Assembly (NCBI GenBank): GCA_005800965.1
Contig: SYEA01000048.1
Location: forward strand, 1 to 48,950
Origin: Actinomycetota bacterium
Lineage (GTDB): Bacteria > Actinomycetota > Acidimicrobiia > Acidimicrobiales > Ilumatobacteraceae
Direction of reading: 5' to 3'
DNA: 48,950 nt
A model generated the notes under the pieces. That model did no database searches, had not been told where the DNA came from, and saw only the letters and a program-made list of their open reading frames with translations. Of the stretch, positions 1 to 9,155 are shown one piece after another; the first letter of the stretch is position 1, and the number at the start of each line of letters is the position of its first letter. Both the position numbers and the translations under genes were made by a program.

Positions 1-453
1 CGCCTGGCGAGTTACGTACCGCCGCCAGTCACTCGTGTATTGCAACACCGAGGTGTGGCAGTGATCGTTGAATTTGGCGATGCCAAAATCGGTGATGGCC
101 TGTCGACCCGAGATGCCGAGTTGCCGTTCGGCCTCGGCTTCGGCCGGCAAACCGTGGCAGTCCCACCCGAATCGACGCTCGACGCGTTTGCCGCTCATCG
201 TGCGATACCGCGGGATGGCGTCCTTGACGAAGCCAGTCAACAAGTGGCCATAGTGCGGCAAGCCATTGGCGAACGGTGGCCCGTCATAAAACACGAACCC
301 TGAGTCATCGTCGCTCGCTGATGTGCCGCTCGTGCGCGGATGCTGCTCGACGGATGCTTCAAAAGTGCGATCGGCCTGCCAAAAAGCAAGGACGTTTTCT
401 TCGAGTTTCGACAGATTCGGCTGGGCCGCAACGTCGGGGTATGAATCGGCCAT
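1..453 (-). CDS. ileS: isoleucine--tRNA ligase, 5' part (gene continues past the left window edge)
   Basis: Absent from the ORF track because it has no stop inside the window. My reverse-strand translation from ATG 453..451 gives [39 protein letters not shown]...[60 protein letters not shown]. This carries the class-I HIGH-type motif (HYGH) and the PPFANG and GWDCHGLP blocks. An in-frame TAG at 465..463 excludes a longer N-terminus. Confidence 0.88.
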   Translation of the reverse strand, partial: MADSYPDVAAQPNLSKLEENVLAFWQADRTFEASVEQHPRTSGTSASDDDSGFVFYDGPPFANGLPHYGHLLTGFVKDAIPRYRTMSGKRVERRFGWDCHGLPAEAEAERQLGISGRQAITDFGIAKFNDHCHTSVLQYTSDWRRYVTRQA

Positions 454-466
454 TACGTGGCGCTAC

Positions 467-712
467 TCACAAACCTGCAGATGCCAGCATTCGCTGCACG
501 AACCCAAGACCAAACACCACGACGATGGGCGAGATATCGAGTGGCCCGATGTTGGGGATGATTCGTCGGGCTGGCCCCAAGACGGGCTCAGTGACCTGAA
601 ACAGCACACGTGAGATTTGTGCAAGTGGCCCGCTTGAAGTTATGGGAAACCAGCTGAGGATGATTCGAGCGAAAATGACCAGCGTGTAGAGCGAAATGAG
701 TTGGGAAATCAT
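467..712 (-). CDS. yggT: YggT/YlmG-family small membrane protein
   Basis: 81-aa ORF with two hydrophobic helices (LISLYTLVIFARIILSWF; ISPIVVVFGLGFV). It lies directly after sepF, as in the conserved ylmE-sepF-ylmG arrangement. Confidence 0.8.
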   Translation of the reverse strand: MISQLISLYTLVIFARIILSWFPITSSGPLAQISRVLFQVTEPVLGPARRIIPNIGPLDISPIVVVFGLGFVQRMLASAGL

Positions 713-763
713 GGTCGGGCTCCTCTTGCATGCAGCATTGCGGTGGGGTGATGGTATCGCCGA

Positions 764-1321
764 TTAGTCGCGGGGAATTCGCACACCGTTAGGGGTGAGA
801 CGAAAAACACCACGCGAGATGCGCTCGAGAGAACCGTTGAGCGCAAAAGTAATCCCCGAAGCGAAATCGATGATTCGGCGCGCCTCTTCGGGTTCGGTGC
901 TGATCATGTTCATGATTACGGGCTGGCCACTCTTGTAGCGCTCACCAATTTCTTTGCAATGAGTGAACGAAGTTGGCTTCAGTGTCACGGGTTCAACTGC
1001 AGCGGCATCCAACGCTCTTACATTTTTTGGTGGCTGACCAACCGGGCCACGCACCGTGACACCCGAGTCGTCGCGTTTGCGCCCTGGACGAGAAGTCGGC
1101 ATGTTGCGTGCAGGTTCGGTGTAATCCTCGTCAAGTTCGTCATCGTCGTAGCCACCGTCAACATCGTCATCAACATCGTCATCAACATCGCCAAGTCTGG
1201 TGTTGCGCATCGCTTGACGCCCACCGGCTGGACGGCGTGTGCGCATCGACTGATCGCTGTCGCCGTACGCTTCGTCAGCCCCGAGACCGAGATACTCCAT
1301 TGCTCGGCGGAACATTGACAT
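764..1321 (-). CDS. sepF: cell-division protein SepF
   Basis: N-terminal membrane-targeting helix MSMFRRAMEYLGLG, an acidic low-complexity linker, and the conserved C-terminal domain (YKSGQPVIMNM...EEARRIIDFASGITFALNGSLERIS..VFRLTP). Positioned downstream of ftsZ/yggS. Confidence 0.9.
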   Translation of the reverse strand: MSMFRRAMEYLGLGADEAYGDSDQSMRTRRPAGGRQAMRNTRLGDVDDDVDDDVDGGYDDDELDEDYTEPARNMPTSRPGRKRDDSGVTVRGPVGQPPKNVRALDAAAVEPVTLKPTSFTHCKEIGERYKSGQPVIMNMISTEPEEARRIIDFASGITFALNGSLERISRGVFRLTPNGVRIPRD

Positions 1322-1348
1322 GTGGTCAGATTACCTCATTAATGCGCA

Positions 1349-2002
1349 TCATTTGGGGAGTGGTCGCTCGCCGAACAACGCTGTCCCCACCCGCACCATG
1401 GTGCTACCCGCAGCCAGGGCAAGTTCAATGTCTCCGGACATGCCCATCGAGCAACCGGCAAGCTCGAGGTCGTCTGCAGCCTGACGCACAGCATTGAATG
1501 CGGCCTGTGTGCGCTCGGGGTGGGCATCGGTGGGGCCGACCGTCATGAGCCCTTCGACCACCAAGCCACCCATACGGGCATGGCGTACCAGATCTGCTGC
1601 GGCATGCAGGGCACAGCCCCCTTTGTCGGGTTCATTGGTGGCATTCACTTGCACATAAATACGGGCCCCAGGGGCTCGCTTGACGAGTTCGTCCACCAGT
1701 GAGGCCCGGTCCACGCTCTGCCACACCGCCACAGTGCTGGCTAGCGAGCGAATTTTGTTGGATTGCAAACGACCTAGAAAGTGCACCGGCGGATGAGCCG
1801 GCGCCACTTCAGCGAGTTTGGCGATGGCTTCTTGGGCGTAGTTCTCGCCGATCGCTTCACACCCCAGACGGTGCGCAATCTGCACTGCTTGTGCGCCAAA
1901 ACCCTTCGTGACCGCACACACGGCCACTGGCCCACGCGTGGCGCACTGGTTGAGCAGCGAGCGAAGCTGCGTCAGCCGTTGCGCGATCGCTGGTTCGTCC
2001 AA
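1349..2002 (-). CDS. yggS: YggS/YlmE-family pyridoxal-phosphate-binding protein
   Basis: 217 aa with an alanine-racemase-N-like fold. Putative PLP lysine in VCAVTKGFGAQAV; HFLGRLQSNK and MGMSGD blocks are typical of the family. Conserved position after ftsZ. Confidence 0.88.
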   Translation of the reverse strand: MDEPAIAQRLTQLRSLLNQCATRGPVAVCAVTKGFGAQAVQIAHRLGCEAIGENYAQEAIAKLAEVAPAHPPVHFLGRLQSNKIRSLASTVAVWQSVDRASLVDELVKRAPGARIYVQVNATNEPDKGGCALHAAADLVRHARMGGLVVEGLMTVGPTDAHPERTQAAFNAVRQAADDLELAGCSMGMSGDIELALAAGSTMVRVGTALFGERPLPK

Positions 2003-2012
2003 CGTGATGTTG

Positions 2013-3122
2013 CTACTTCAAAAAGTCGGGGATATCGAGATCATCGTCGCCCGCTTCTTGCGAACCGAAGATCTCCCGCAAGCGAGAACTTCCCTTGCCG
2101 GTTTCGGGGCGAGCATCACCACGAGTTGCGGTGCCATCGCCACGAGTGCCGATTCGACCAGCCGCTGAATCCCAGCGTTCGAAGCCCGACGCAATAACCG
2201 TGACCCGGACTTCGTCACCAAGATCGTCATCGATGACAGTGCCCAAGATGATGTTGGCATCTTGGTGCGCGACACGCGCCACGGTTTCGGCGGCTTCGTT
2301 CAACTCAAAGAGGCTCATGTCTGACGGGCCAGCCACATTCAGCAGGATGCCGCGGGCTCCTTCAATGGCCGCTTCGAGCATCGGTGAAGTGATGGCTGCA
2401 ATTGCCGCATTGGAGGCGCGCTTGTCGCCACTGGCCACGCCGATGCCCATGAGGGATGAGCCGGCATTTGCCAAGATGGTTTTCACGTCGGCAAAGTCGG
2501 TGTTGATGAGCCCTGGCGTGGTGATGATGCCGGTGATGCCCGAGACACCCTGCATCAATACTTCGTCGGCTTTTTTGAACGCATCGAGCAATGTGGTTTT
2601 GTCGGTGGCAATCGACAGCAACTTCTCGTTTGGAATCACGATGAGCGTGTCAACTTTGTCTTTCAACTTGGCGATGCCTTGGTCGGCTTGCACCGAACGG
2701 CGGCGTCCCTCGAAGTTGAACGGTCGCGTCACGATGCCGATCGTGAGCGCCCCTTCAGCCTTTGCGATCTCGGCCACTACGGGTGCTGCACCGGTGCCGG
2801 TGCCACCACCTTCGCCGGCGGTGATGAACACCATGTCGGCGCCAGCGAGATGTTCTTGGATTTCGTCACGATGTGCTTCGGCTGCTTCGCGACCAACTTC
2901 GGGGTCACTGCCTGCACCAAGTCCGCGCGTGAGTTCGCGACCGATGTCGATTTTGTAACTTGCATCACTCATGATGAGCGCTTGTGCGTCGGTATTGATC
3001 GCAACGAAGTCGACGCCGCGCAAACCAGCATCGATCATGCGGTTGACGGCGTTGACGCCACCACCACCGATGCCCACCACTTTGATGACAGCAATCGGTG
3101 AATTTTGTGAGTTACTTGGCAT
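2013..3122 (-). CDS. ftsZ: cell-division GTPase FtsZ
   Basis: [13 protein letters not shown] and the tubulin signature [14 protein letters not shown]-terminal anchor peptide [11 protein letters not shown]. Start set at ATG 3122 ([22 protein letters not shown]), preceded by a GGGGG run. The track ORF extends to 3284 but would overlap ftsQ. Confidence 0.97.
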   Translation of the reverse strand: MPSNSQNSPIAVIKVVGIGGGGVNAVNRMIDAGLRGVDFVAINTDAQALIMSDASYKIDIGRELTRGLGAGSDPEVGREAAEAHRDEIQEHLAGADMVFITAGEGGGTGTGAAPVVAEIAKAEGALTIGIVTRPFNFEGRRRSVQADQGIAKLKDKVDTLIVIPNEKLLSIATDKTTLLDAFKKADEVLMQGVSGITGIITTPGLINTDFADVKTILANAGSSLMGIGVASGDKRASNAAIAAITSPMLEAAIEGARGILLNVAGPSDMSLFELNEAAETVARVAHQDANIILGTVIDDDLGDEVRVTVIASGFERWDSAAGRIGTRGDGTATRGDARPETGKGSSRLREIFGSQEAGDDDLDIPDFLK

Positions 3123-3174
3123 ATGTGTCTGACCCCCAAGTTGAGCATGATGCTCAACCTCTACTACAGGCACA

Positions 3175-5307
3175 CTACTCGTTGGCGATGACTGGTTGTC
3201 CAGACGACACGTCGATGGCAGCGATGAACGAGACATCCTGCTGGGTGAGCAAGACCATGACCTGAGTGAGCTTGTTGCGCACATCCACGGGAGCCCCGAG
3301 CGTGATAATCGTGCCTTTTTTCAAAGTGAACCCCAAAGCCTCGGGGCCATTGACAAAAACGTTCCGCACCTCAGGGATGATGTCGGCTGGCAGTGAATTC
3401 GCCAACTGGGCTGCGGCTTGGTACACCACGGTGGTGACGGTGCCGGGCGGCAGATTCGGGCCAACCCCTTCTATTTTCATAAATTGCGTGGGCTGGCCGT
3501 CCAGCACCGCGAGCACCCGCCCATCGATGTCGAGCACACGGGCACGATTGTCCACCCCGACGAACCAGGCCACTGCGCGGCGCTCCTCGATTTCGATTAC
3601 TACTCGATTGGGCAGATACCAATTGAGTCGCGCTTGACGCACCCAGGGATCGCCCTCCAGTCGACGCTGGGCGCCCTCTAAGTCGGCAGTGAAGACGCTC
3701 GCACCGCGTAGCGAGTCACTTACATCGCTCAACAATGCCGGGTCGGAATATGTCACGCCCGTGATGTCGATTTGTCGAACGGCAAACAGCGGTGACGCCA
3801 AAATGATGAGCGTCAATGAAAACATCGCAATGAGAGCACCAAAGCCAACCAACGGCGACACACGCAGACGTGGCAGACGCTTCCACCATGTGCGACGACC
3901 GATGCGGTCGTCAACAATCACATCGCCGAGCGTGGCTGTGCTTACGAATGTGCTTACGGCTGCACCCACTCCAGTGCTTGCTTCGCTGCGTTCGTGAGGC
4001 AACAAATGTTGGGCATCATCGATCACAACCGGCTCACCAGCGGCTGCTTGCTGCGCTTCGCGTGCCTGTATCGCTGTCGAGATGTCAACCACCGCGCCGA
4101 CGGGTATCTGGCTCGAATCTGTGACGATGGGTGTGTCATCGGGCCGGGCGATTGCACCAGTGTCGGCAAACAGCTCGCTCAGCTCGAGAACTGCTTCGTC
4201 GGGCAACGGTGGGGAGAACGCCACGGCGCTCAACGTGTTGTCATCACTCACTAGGGGCCCGAACAAAGCGTCGAGGCGTGTACCGCCAGATGAATCGCTC
4301 GACGCATTGTTGGGTGTGCCACCAACTTGGGCACCTGCAGCACTCGCTACTTCAGGGTCAAAACCCACCAAGCGCACTTCACTGTGCAGATTGACTCCCG
4401 TCTCGCTCAACACTCGCGCCCGCACCAACGCCATGAGTTCGGCAACGTCATCAGCACTTCCACCCGGATCAACTTGGATGAAATTGGCATGCTTGTCGGA
4501 AACTTCTGCCGTGCCAACGCGCAAGCCGCGCAAGCCGAGACCATCGATGAGCGCGCCAGCCGAACCACCGTCTGGTGCCGGGTTTACGAACACCGAGCCC
4601 GCGTTGTGCCCACCTGGTTGGTGCTCGCGTCGCCAACGCACAATTTCAGCCATCTCTGCTTCGCTGGCTTGCTGATCGCCCCAGGACAAAGCAAACGATG
4701 CCGAAATCACGACGTGATATGGCTCGAGATCGCTGCCACGAAAACGCAGACCCACATCTTTGGCCGCAACATTTGCCACGATGCCTTTTAGTAAGTGGAA
4801 GATCTTTATCGATTCAAGGCTGGCCGCCATGTCCGAGCCATGTCCCCCGGCATTCATGCGCACGCCACCGCCCACCGAACCTGGCACGCCGACACCCCAT
4901 TCAAAACCCGTCAAACCGCGCGCCGCGCTCTGGCGGGCCAGCACCGGCAGTGCCACGGCACCACCCGCCACCACCCGTGGGACTGCGGGTTGTTGAGGCC
5001 AGATAATTTGATCGGCAAACTCGCCAAGCACCACCACTAACCCGGCGAAGCCGCCGTCAGCCACGAGCAGGTTGCTACCACGCCCGATGACCAGCAACGG
5101 AACCCTTTTTTCGCGCAAAGCGTTACTGACTGCGTGAAGGTCGTCAATGGATCGTGCCTTGACGAGCAGGCTGGCCGGACCACCCACTTTGTAGGTGGTG
5201 TACGCCGCCAATTTCACATCGCGTTGCACTCGCGCCCCGAGCAAGATGCCGAGGCGGTCGAGTGCTCGCGTCTCGCGTGCGTGGCTGTCGGTGTCGTCAG
5301 CGTCCAC
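3175..5307 (-). CDS. murB-ftsQ: one open frame encoding MurB (UDP-N-acetylenolpyruvoylglucosamine reductase) followed in frame by FtsQ/DivIB
   Basis: The ORF track shows no stop between 5481 and 3175.
- MurB part, about 5307..4357: [41 protein letters not shown], ending ..[11 protein letters not shown].
- Ser/Asp/Ala-rich linker of about 155 aa with no Met.
- TM helix [23 protein letters not shown], about 3855..3784.
- POTRA-like [13 protein letters not shown]...[29 protein letters not shown], then the FtsQ beta domain.
Start proposed at GTG 5307, which overlaps the murC stop (GTGGACGCTGA). Confidence 0.8.
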   Translation of the reverse strand: MDADDTDSHARETRALDRLGILLGARVQRDVKLAAYTTYKVGGPASLLVKARSIDDLHAVSNALREKRVPLLVIGRGSNLLVADGGFAGLVVVLGEFADQIIWPQQPAVPRVVAGGAVALPVLARQSAARGLTGFEWGVGVPGSVGGGVRMNAGGHGSDMAASLESIKIFHLLKGIVANVAAKDVGLRFRGSDLEPYHVVISASFALSWGDQQASEAEMAEIVRWRREHQPGGHNAGSVFVNPAPDGGSAGALIDGLGLRGLRVGTAEVSDKHANFIQVDPGGSADDVAELMALVRARVLSETGVNLHSEVRLVGFDPEVASAAGAQVGGTPNNASSDSSGGTRLDALFGPLVSDDNTLSAVAFSPPLPDEAVLELSELFADTGAIARPDDTPIVTDSSQIPVGAVVDISTAIQAREAQQAAAGEPVVIDDAQHLLPHERSEASTGVGAAVSTFVSTATLGDVIVDDRIGRRTWWKRLPRLRVSPLVGFGALIAMFSLTLIILASPLFAVRQIDITGVTYSDPALLSDVSDSLRGASVFTADLEGAQRRLEGDPWVRQARLNWYLPNRVVIEIEERRAVAWFVGVDNRARVLDIDGRVLAVLDGQPTQFMKIEGVGPNLPPGTVTTVVYQAAAQLANSLPADIIPEVRNVFVNGPEALGFTLKKGTIITLGAPVDVRNKLTQVMVLLTQQDVSFIAAIDVSSGQPVIANE

Positions 5308-6724
5308 GAGATAATTCTCGCTTACGCGCAACGACTTCGTCGGGCAATGTCTCGATGTCGCCACAACCCATCGAAATACATAAGTCACCGTCACGCACCT
5401 CGCGAGCCACGAAATCCGCCAGGTCTGCACGCTCGGCCACCCACTCGACCCTGGCCGTTGGATGCGCAGCACGCACGGCATCGACCACCAATTGGCCCGT
5501 GACGCCCTCTATGCGATCAGTACCCGAGGCGTAGATGTCGGTGATCACTACAAGGTCAGCATCGACGAAGGCGTCGCGATATTGGTCGGACATGATCGCC
5601 ATGCGATTGAAGCGGTTCGGTTGAAACACTGCCACGACGCGCTTCCATCCAACGTTGTCGGTGCGCACCGCGCGCAGTACTGCGGTGATTTCGGCTGGAA
5701 GGTGGGCATAGTCGTCAACGAAGGTCGCGCCGCCCTCAGTAGCGCGCAGATCGAATCGGCGTCGCACCCCGGCAAAGTTACGCACGGCTTCGGCAGCAAC
5801 GCTGGGCTTGACACCAAGCTGCACTGCCATGGCCAAGGCCGCCAAACAATTGCGCACGTTGTGTTCGCCACGCAGGGCAAGAGACACAGCAACACTCCCC
5901 TGTGCCATGTGGGCTACAAAGTGGCTCACATCGCCGGCGAATCGCACATCGGTGGCCCGCACGTCAACTGTGTTGACCTTGGTGTTCTTTGTTGAGTCAC
6001 TGATGCCGTAGGTGATAGCGCCATGGCGGCGAGCCAACTGCAGAGCGGTGGAATCGTCGGCGCACACCACCTTGATGCCTTTGACTTCCTTGAGATACGA
6101 GTCGAACGAAGCCACGATGCCGGCAAACGAACCGTGCTCATCTAAGTGATCGGTGTCTACGTTGGTGAGAATTGTGCAATCTGGGGCGATTGCTCGATGA
6201 CTTGAGTCGCTCTCATCTGCTTCGACGACAAAAACATCACTACCCCAGTGGGCACTCGACTCGAGTTGGGGAACCTCGGCACCGATGAGATAACCCGGGT
6301 CGCGCCCGGCGGCACGCAACATGAGAGTGAGCAGCGTGGTGGTCGTGGTTTTGCCGTGGGTGCCAGCCACCGCCACCGTCCGGGCTTGTTTGCTGATCCA
6401 CCCCAGCATCTGCGCGCGTGACCAAACGGTCTTGCCGGCCTGGCGGGCAGCAACGAGTTCAACGTTCGTTTCTCGCACCGCCGCCGAATGCGTGATGATT
6501 TCACATTCAGCAATCGCACCAGCGTCGTGCGGCACGTTGACTACTACCCCCAGCGCACGCAGGCGATCCATAATTGGCGACTCAACCATGTCGCTTCCCG
6601 AAACCACACCACCCATCTCGCGCAAGATGATGGCGATAGCACTCGTGCCTGGGCCACCCACCCCAACGACATGAATTCGTGGTGGCACGTGCGCATGGGT
6701 CAATGCCATGGGATCACTCGACAT
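5297..6724 (-). CDS. murC: UDP-N-acetylmuramate--L-alanine ligase
   Basis: HVVGVGGPGTSAIA and GTHGKTTTTTLL (Mur-ligase P-loop). Gene order murG-murC. ATG 6724 lies 1 nt after the murG stop; the track ORF starts at 6757. Confidence 0.93.
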   Translation of the reverse strand: MSSDPMALTHAHVPPRIHVVGVGGPGTSAIAIILREMGGVVSGSDMVESPIMDRLRALGVVVNVPHDAGAIAECEIITHSAAVRETNVELVAARQAGKTVWSRAQMLGWISKQARTVAVAGTHGKTTTTTLLTLMLRAAGRDPGYLIGAEVPQLESSAHWGSDVFVVEADESDSSHRAIAPDCTILTNVDTDHLDEHGSFAGIVASFDSYLKEVKGIKVVCADDSTALQLARRHGAITYGISDSTKNTKVNTVDVRATDVRFAGDVSHFVAHMAQGSVAVSLALRGEHNVRNCLAALAMAVQLGVKPSVAAEAVRNFAGVRRRFDLRATEGGATFVDDYAHLPAEITAVLRAVRTDNVGWKRVVAVFQPNRFNRMAIMSDQYRDAFVDADLVVITDIYASGTDRIEGVTGQLVVDAVRAAHPTARVEWVAERADLADFVAREVRDGDLCISMGCGDIETLPDEVVARKRELSRGR

Positions 6725-6725
6725 C

Positions 6726-7910
6726 TCAGCGCGCCACCGACTCGATGATGGCACCAATTGCCGACGAACGATTCAACGCGCCAAGTGCATACGACGCAGC
6801 AGCCAATCGTTCACTCAATGTGACATCGTCGACGAGTCGACTGAGCTCAGCGGCAAAGCGGTGTTCTAATTCGTGTTCTTGCACCATGAGTGCGGCACCC
6901 GCGTCACTCAGCCAGGTCGCGTTCAAGCGTTGATGATCATCGGCCGCCTGCGCCCAAGGAATGATGATTGCTGCCGAACCCACCGACACCAACTCGGCCA
7001 CGGTGCTGGCGCCGGCGCGACACACGGTGATGTCGGCCAACTGCCATATATCAGCCATGTTGTCGTGACCCGCGCGCCGCACGTATTGCAGCAACGAACC
7101 CGACGGCAAAGCAAACTTCGTATCCATGTACCGCTCGCCAGCCAGATGCACGATGGCTACGTCAGCCCGATTCGCATTCGCAACGGCCCACTCCTCGATG
7201 GCGCGATTCACCACCAGCGAGCCGAGTGAACCGCCCATCACCACCACCACTCGGCGAGCAGCATCGATACCAAACATTTCAGCGGCTTGCCGACGCGCAC
7301 CATCGTGGCTCGTGGTGTTGCGCGACAGTCGCCGTACCGCGGCTCGCACCGGTGCACCGGTATGCGTGGCACCCGGCAACTTTGAGTCGGCGAATGCCAC
7401 TGCGACTGCCGCTGCACGCCGTGCTTGGCGGCGTGTTGCCAAACCTGGATGCTGGTCGTAGCTCACCACCACGACCGGAATTCCCAATGCTCGCGCAGCG
7501 CGGACTGCAGGTTCGCTGGCAAAACCGCCGACACTCACCACCACTCGCGGCTGCCACTGGCGAAACTGTCGCCCAGCCTGAGCCGAAGCGAGAACTAACT
7601 TCACCATTGCTGTAGCGGTGCGCCACAAGGCACGCGGCGAAATACTGCGCTGCAGCCCATCCACATTGAGCAACAACCGAGGGTGCTGGCTGTCGGCCAA
7701 CAAGCGTTGATCACTGGGGCGCTGCGACGCAACAAATGCAATCGATAGTGGAGCACGACCTTGTTCGATGAGCTGTTCGGCAATTGCCAGTCCAGGAATG
7801 ATGTGGCCGGCTGTGCCACCACCGGCGATGACGGCAAAAACTCGTGGTGACACCGGACTTGTCGACGAATACGACGTTGTTGACGACGTTGAAGACATTG
7901 CCGCCACCAA
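6726..7910 (-). CDS. murG: undecaprenyl-PP-MurNAc-pentapeptide GlcNAc transferase
   Basis: N-terminal AGGGTAGHIIPGLAIAEQL G-loop and C-terminal CRAGASTVAELVSVGSAAIIIP block. Located between ftsW and murC. Confidence 0.93.
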   Translation of the reverse strand: MVAAMSSTSSTTSYSSTSPVSPRVFAVIAGGGTAGHIIPGLAIAEQLIEQGRAPLSIAFVASQRPSDQRLLADSQHPRLLLNVDGLQRSISPRALWRTATAMVKLVLASAQAGRQFRQWQPRVVVSVGGFASEPAVRAARALGIPVVVVSYDQHPGLATRRQARRAAAVAVAFADSKLPGATHTGAPVRAAVRRLSRNTTSHDGARRQAAEMFGIDAARRVVVVMGGSLGSLVVNRAIEEWAVANANRADVAIVHLAGERYMDTKFALPSGSLLQYVRRAGHDNMADIWQLADITVCRAGASTVAELVSVGSAAIIIPWAQAADDHQRLNATWLSDAGAALMVQEHELEHRFAAELSRLVDDVTLSERLAAASYALGALNRSSAIGAIIESVAR

Positions 7911-7952
7911 AGTTACCCGAACGCCACCGTGCGCTGCAGATGCAGCCGAGTG

Positions 7953-9155
7953 CTACTGCACCTTTCGCGCGACGTTCAACAGCAATCCTGCGGCGGCGAG
8001 TGTGATCATGAGCGAACTTCCCCCATACGAAATGAGTGGCAAGGTGAGCCCGGTTACTGGCATCGCACCAACCACACCACCGATATTGATCACTGCCTGC
8101 ACGGCGAACCAAACGGTGATACCTGCAGCCAGCAACGCGCCCGAATAATCCGGGGCCCGCATCGCTACAACGAAACCCAACATGGTGATCAACGTGAAAC
8201 CACCAATCACAAGACTTGAGCCGATCAAACCGAACTCTTCAGCAATAACGGTGAATATGAAGTCGCTGTGGGCCAACGGCACGTAGCCCCACTTACTGGT
8301 GCCCGCACCAGGCCCGACACCGGTAACCCCGCCGTTGGAGATACTCAGCATCGACTGCCACACCTGATACGCGCTGTGCTCACGGTTGCCCTCGATGTCT
8401 AAGAACGCAGTCCACCGACTGATGCCCGTCGACGATGTGAGCACATAACCAAGCCCAAGGACCATGGCCGCTAGCGCTGCAGCGCCAATCCAGCGAACTG
8501 GGCTGCCTGCCATATACAACACGGTGAATGCGATTCCCGAGAGCACGATCGCAGCACCAAGGTCGCGCTGCGCCATCGCAATCCCTGCTGCAACTAGCCA
8601 GGCCAACATGGCAGGTCGAAACGTTCGTTTGAAGTCAGTGAGTTCACGCTGTCGGCGACCCAAGATGTTGGTCATATAAATGACGAGTGCGAACTTCAGC
8701 AGTTCCGACGGCTGGAAGCGAATAATTCCAATTTCCACCCATGCCCGCGCACCGTTGACGGTGATTCCCAACGGGCTGAACGGCAAACAGTTGAGGGCCA
8801 CGACCACTACCAACATCGGCCTGTTGAGTTTTTGCCACACGTGATATGGCATGCGATACGTGCCGAAAGCGATGATGACTCCAAAAAACGCCCACATCAA
8901 CTGCTTGAGAAACATGGTGAATGCCGAGCCGCCATTGTTGACCGACACGATTGACGAAGCCGACAACACCATGACCAGCCCTAGGGCCGTCAACACCGTG
9001 ACGCTGAGCAGAATTGCATAAAAGATTCGACTGGGTTCACTGTCGACTCCGATGCGGGCACCGTCGGCACGACGCCCAGCCAGCACTGCTTTGCGTCGCT
9101 CGCTCAGCGATGGGATCAGAAGTCCACCGGTGTCGTCAACATTGACTGCAGTCAT
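7953..9155 (-). CDS. ftsW: SEDS-family peptidoglycan glycosyltransferase FtsW
   Basis: Polytopic membrane protein of about 10 TM helices with SEDS blocks (RFQPSELLKFALVIY; GLTLPLISYGGSS). dcw position murD-ftsW-murG. ATG 9155 overlaps the murD stop as ATGA. Confidence 0.9.
   Translation of the reverse strand: MTAVNVDDTGGLLIPSLSERRKAVLAGRRADGARIGVDSEPSRIFYAILLSVTVLTALGLVMVLSASSIVSVNNGGSAFTMFLKQLMWAFFGVIIAFGTYRMPYHVWQKLNRPMLVVVVALNCLPFSPLGITVNGARAWVEIGIIRFQPSELLKFALVIYMTNILGRRQRELTDFKRTFRPAMLAWLVAAGIAMAQRDLGAAIVLSGIAFTVLYMAGSPVRWIGAAALAAMVLGLGYVLTSSTGISRWTAFLDIEGNREHSAYQVWQSMLSISNGGVTGVGPGAGTSKWGYVPLAHSDFIFTVIAEEFGLIGSSLVIGGFTLITMLGFVVAMRAPDYSGALLAAGITVWFAVQAVINIGGVVGAMPVTGLTLPLISYGGSSLMITLAAAGLLLNVARKVQ

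Noticed and set aside
40-303. 87-aa plus-strand ORF, and the neighbouring 276-599 and 323-613 ORFs, at the left edge.
   Set aside because: The minus strand here translates into a clean IleS N-terminus ([20 protein letters not shown]) and yggT. The plus-strand ORFs are shadows.
2095-2958. Long antisense ORFs opposite well-recognised genes: 2095-2958(+) vs ftsZ, 9503-10213(+) vs murD, 11904-12947(+) vs murE, 14362-15096(+) vs ftsI/ftsL, 17443-18267(-) vs the ABC exporter, 21806-22639(+) vs ROK, 30852-31556(+) vs ROK, 44443-44982(-) vs the FAD oxidase.
   Set aside because: These are typical high-GC shadow frames. Their translations are Arg/Ser/Pro/Ala-rich with no recognisable motifs, while the opposite strand carries unmistakable conserved domains.
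3123-3284. N-terminal extensions offered by the ORF track: ftsZ to 3284, murC to 6757, ftsW to 9188, murE to 13022, the ABC exporter from 16849, dinB to 24621, the IMPase from 24607, ABC-F from 38785, the GlpC-like gene to 42932, the FAD oxidase from 44399.
   Set aside because: The extensions overlap the neighbouring gene or regulatory spacer and have non-protein-like composition. Internal ATG/GTG codons give N-termini that match the family pattern, often in ATGA/GTGA coupling with the upstream stop.
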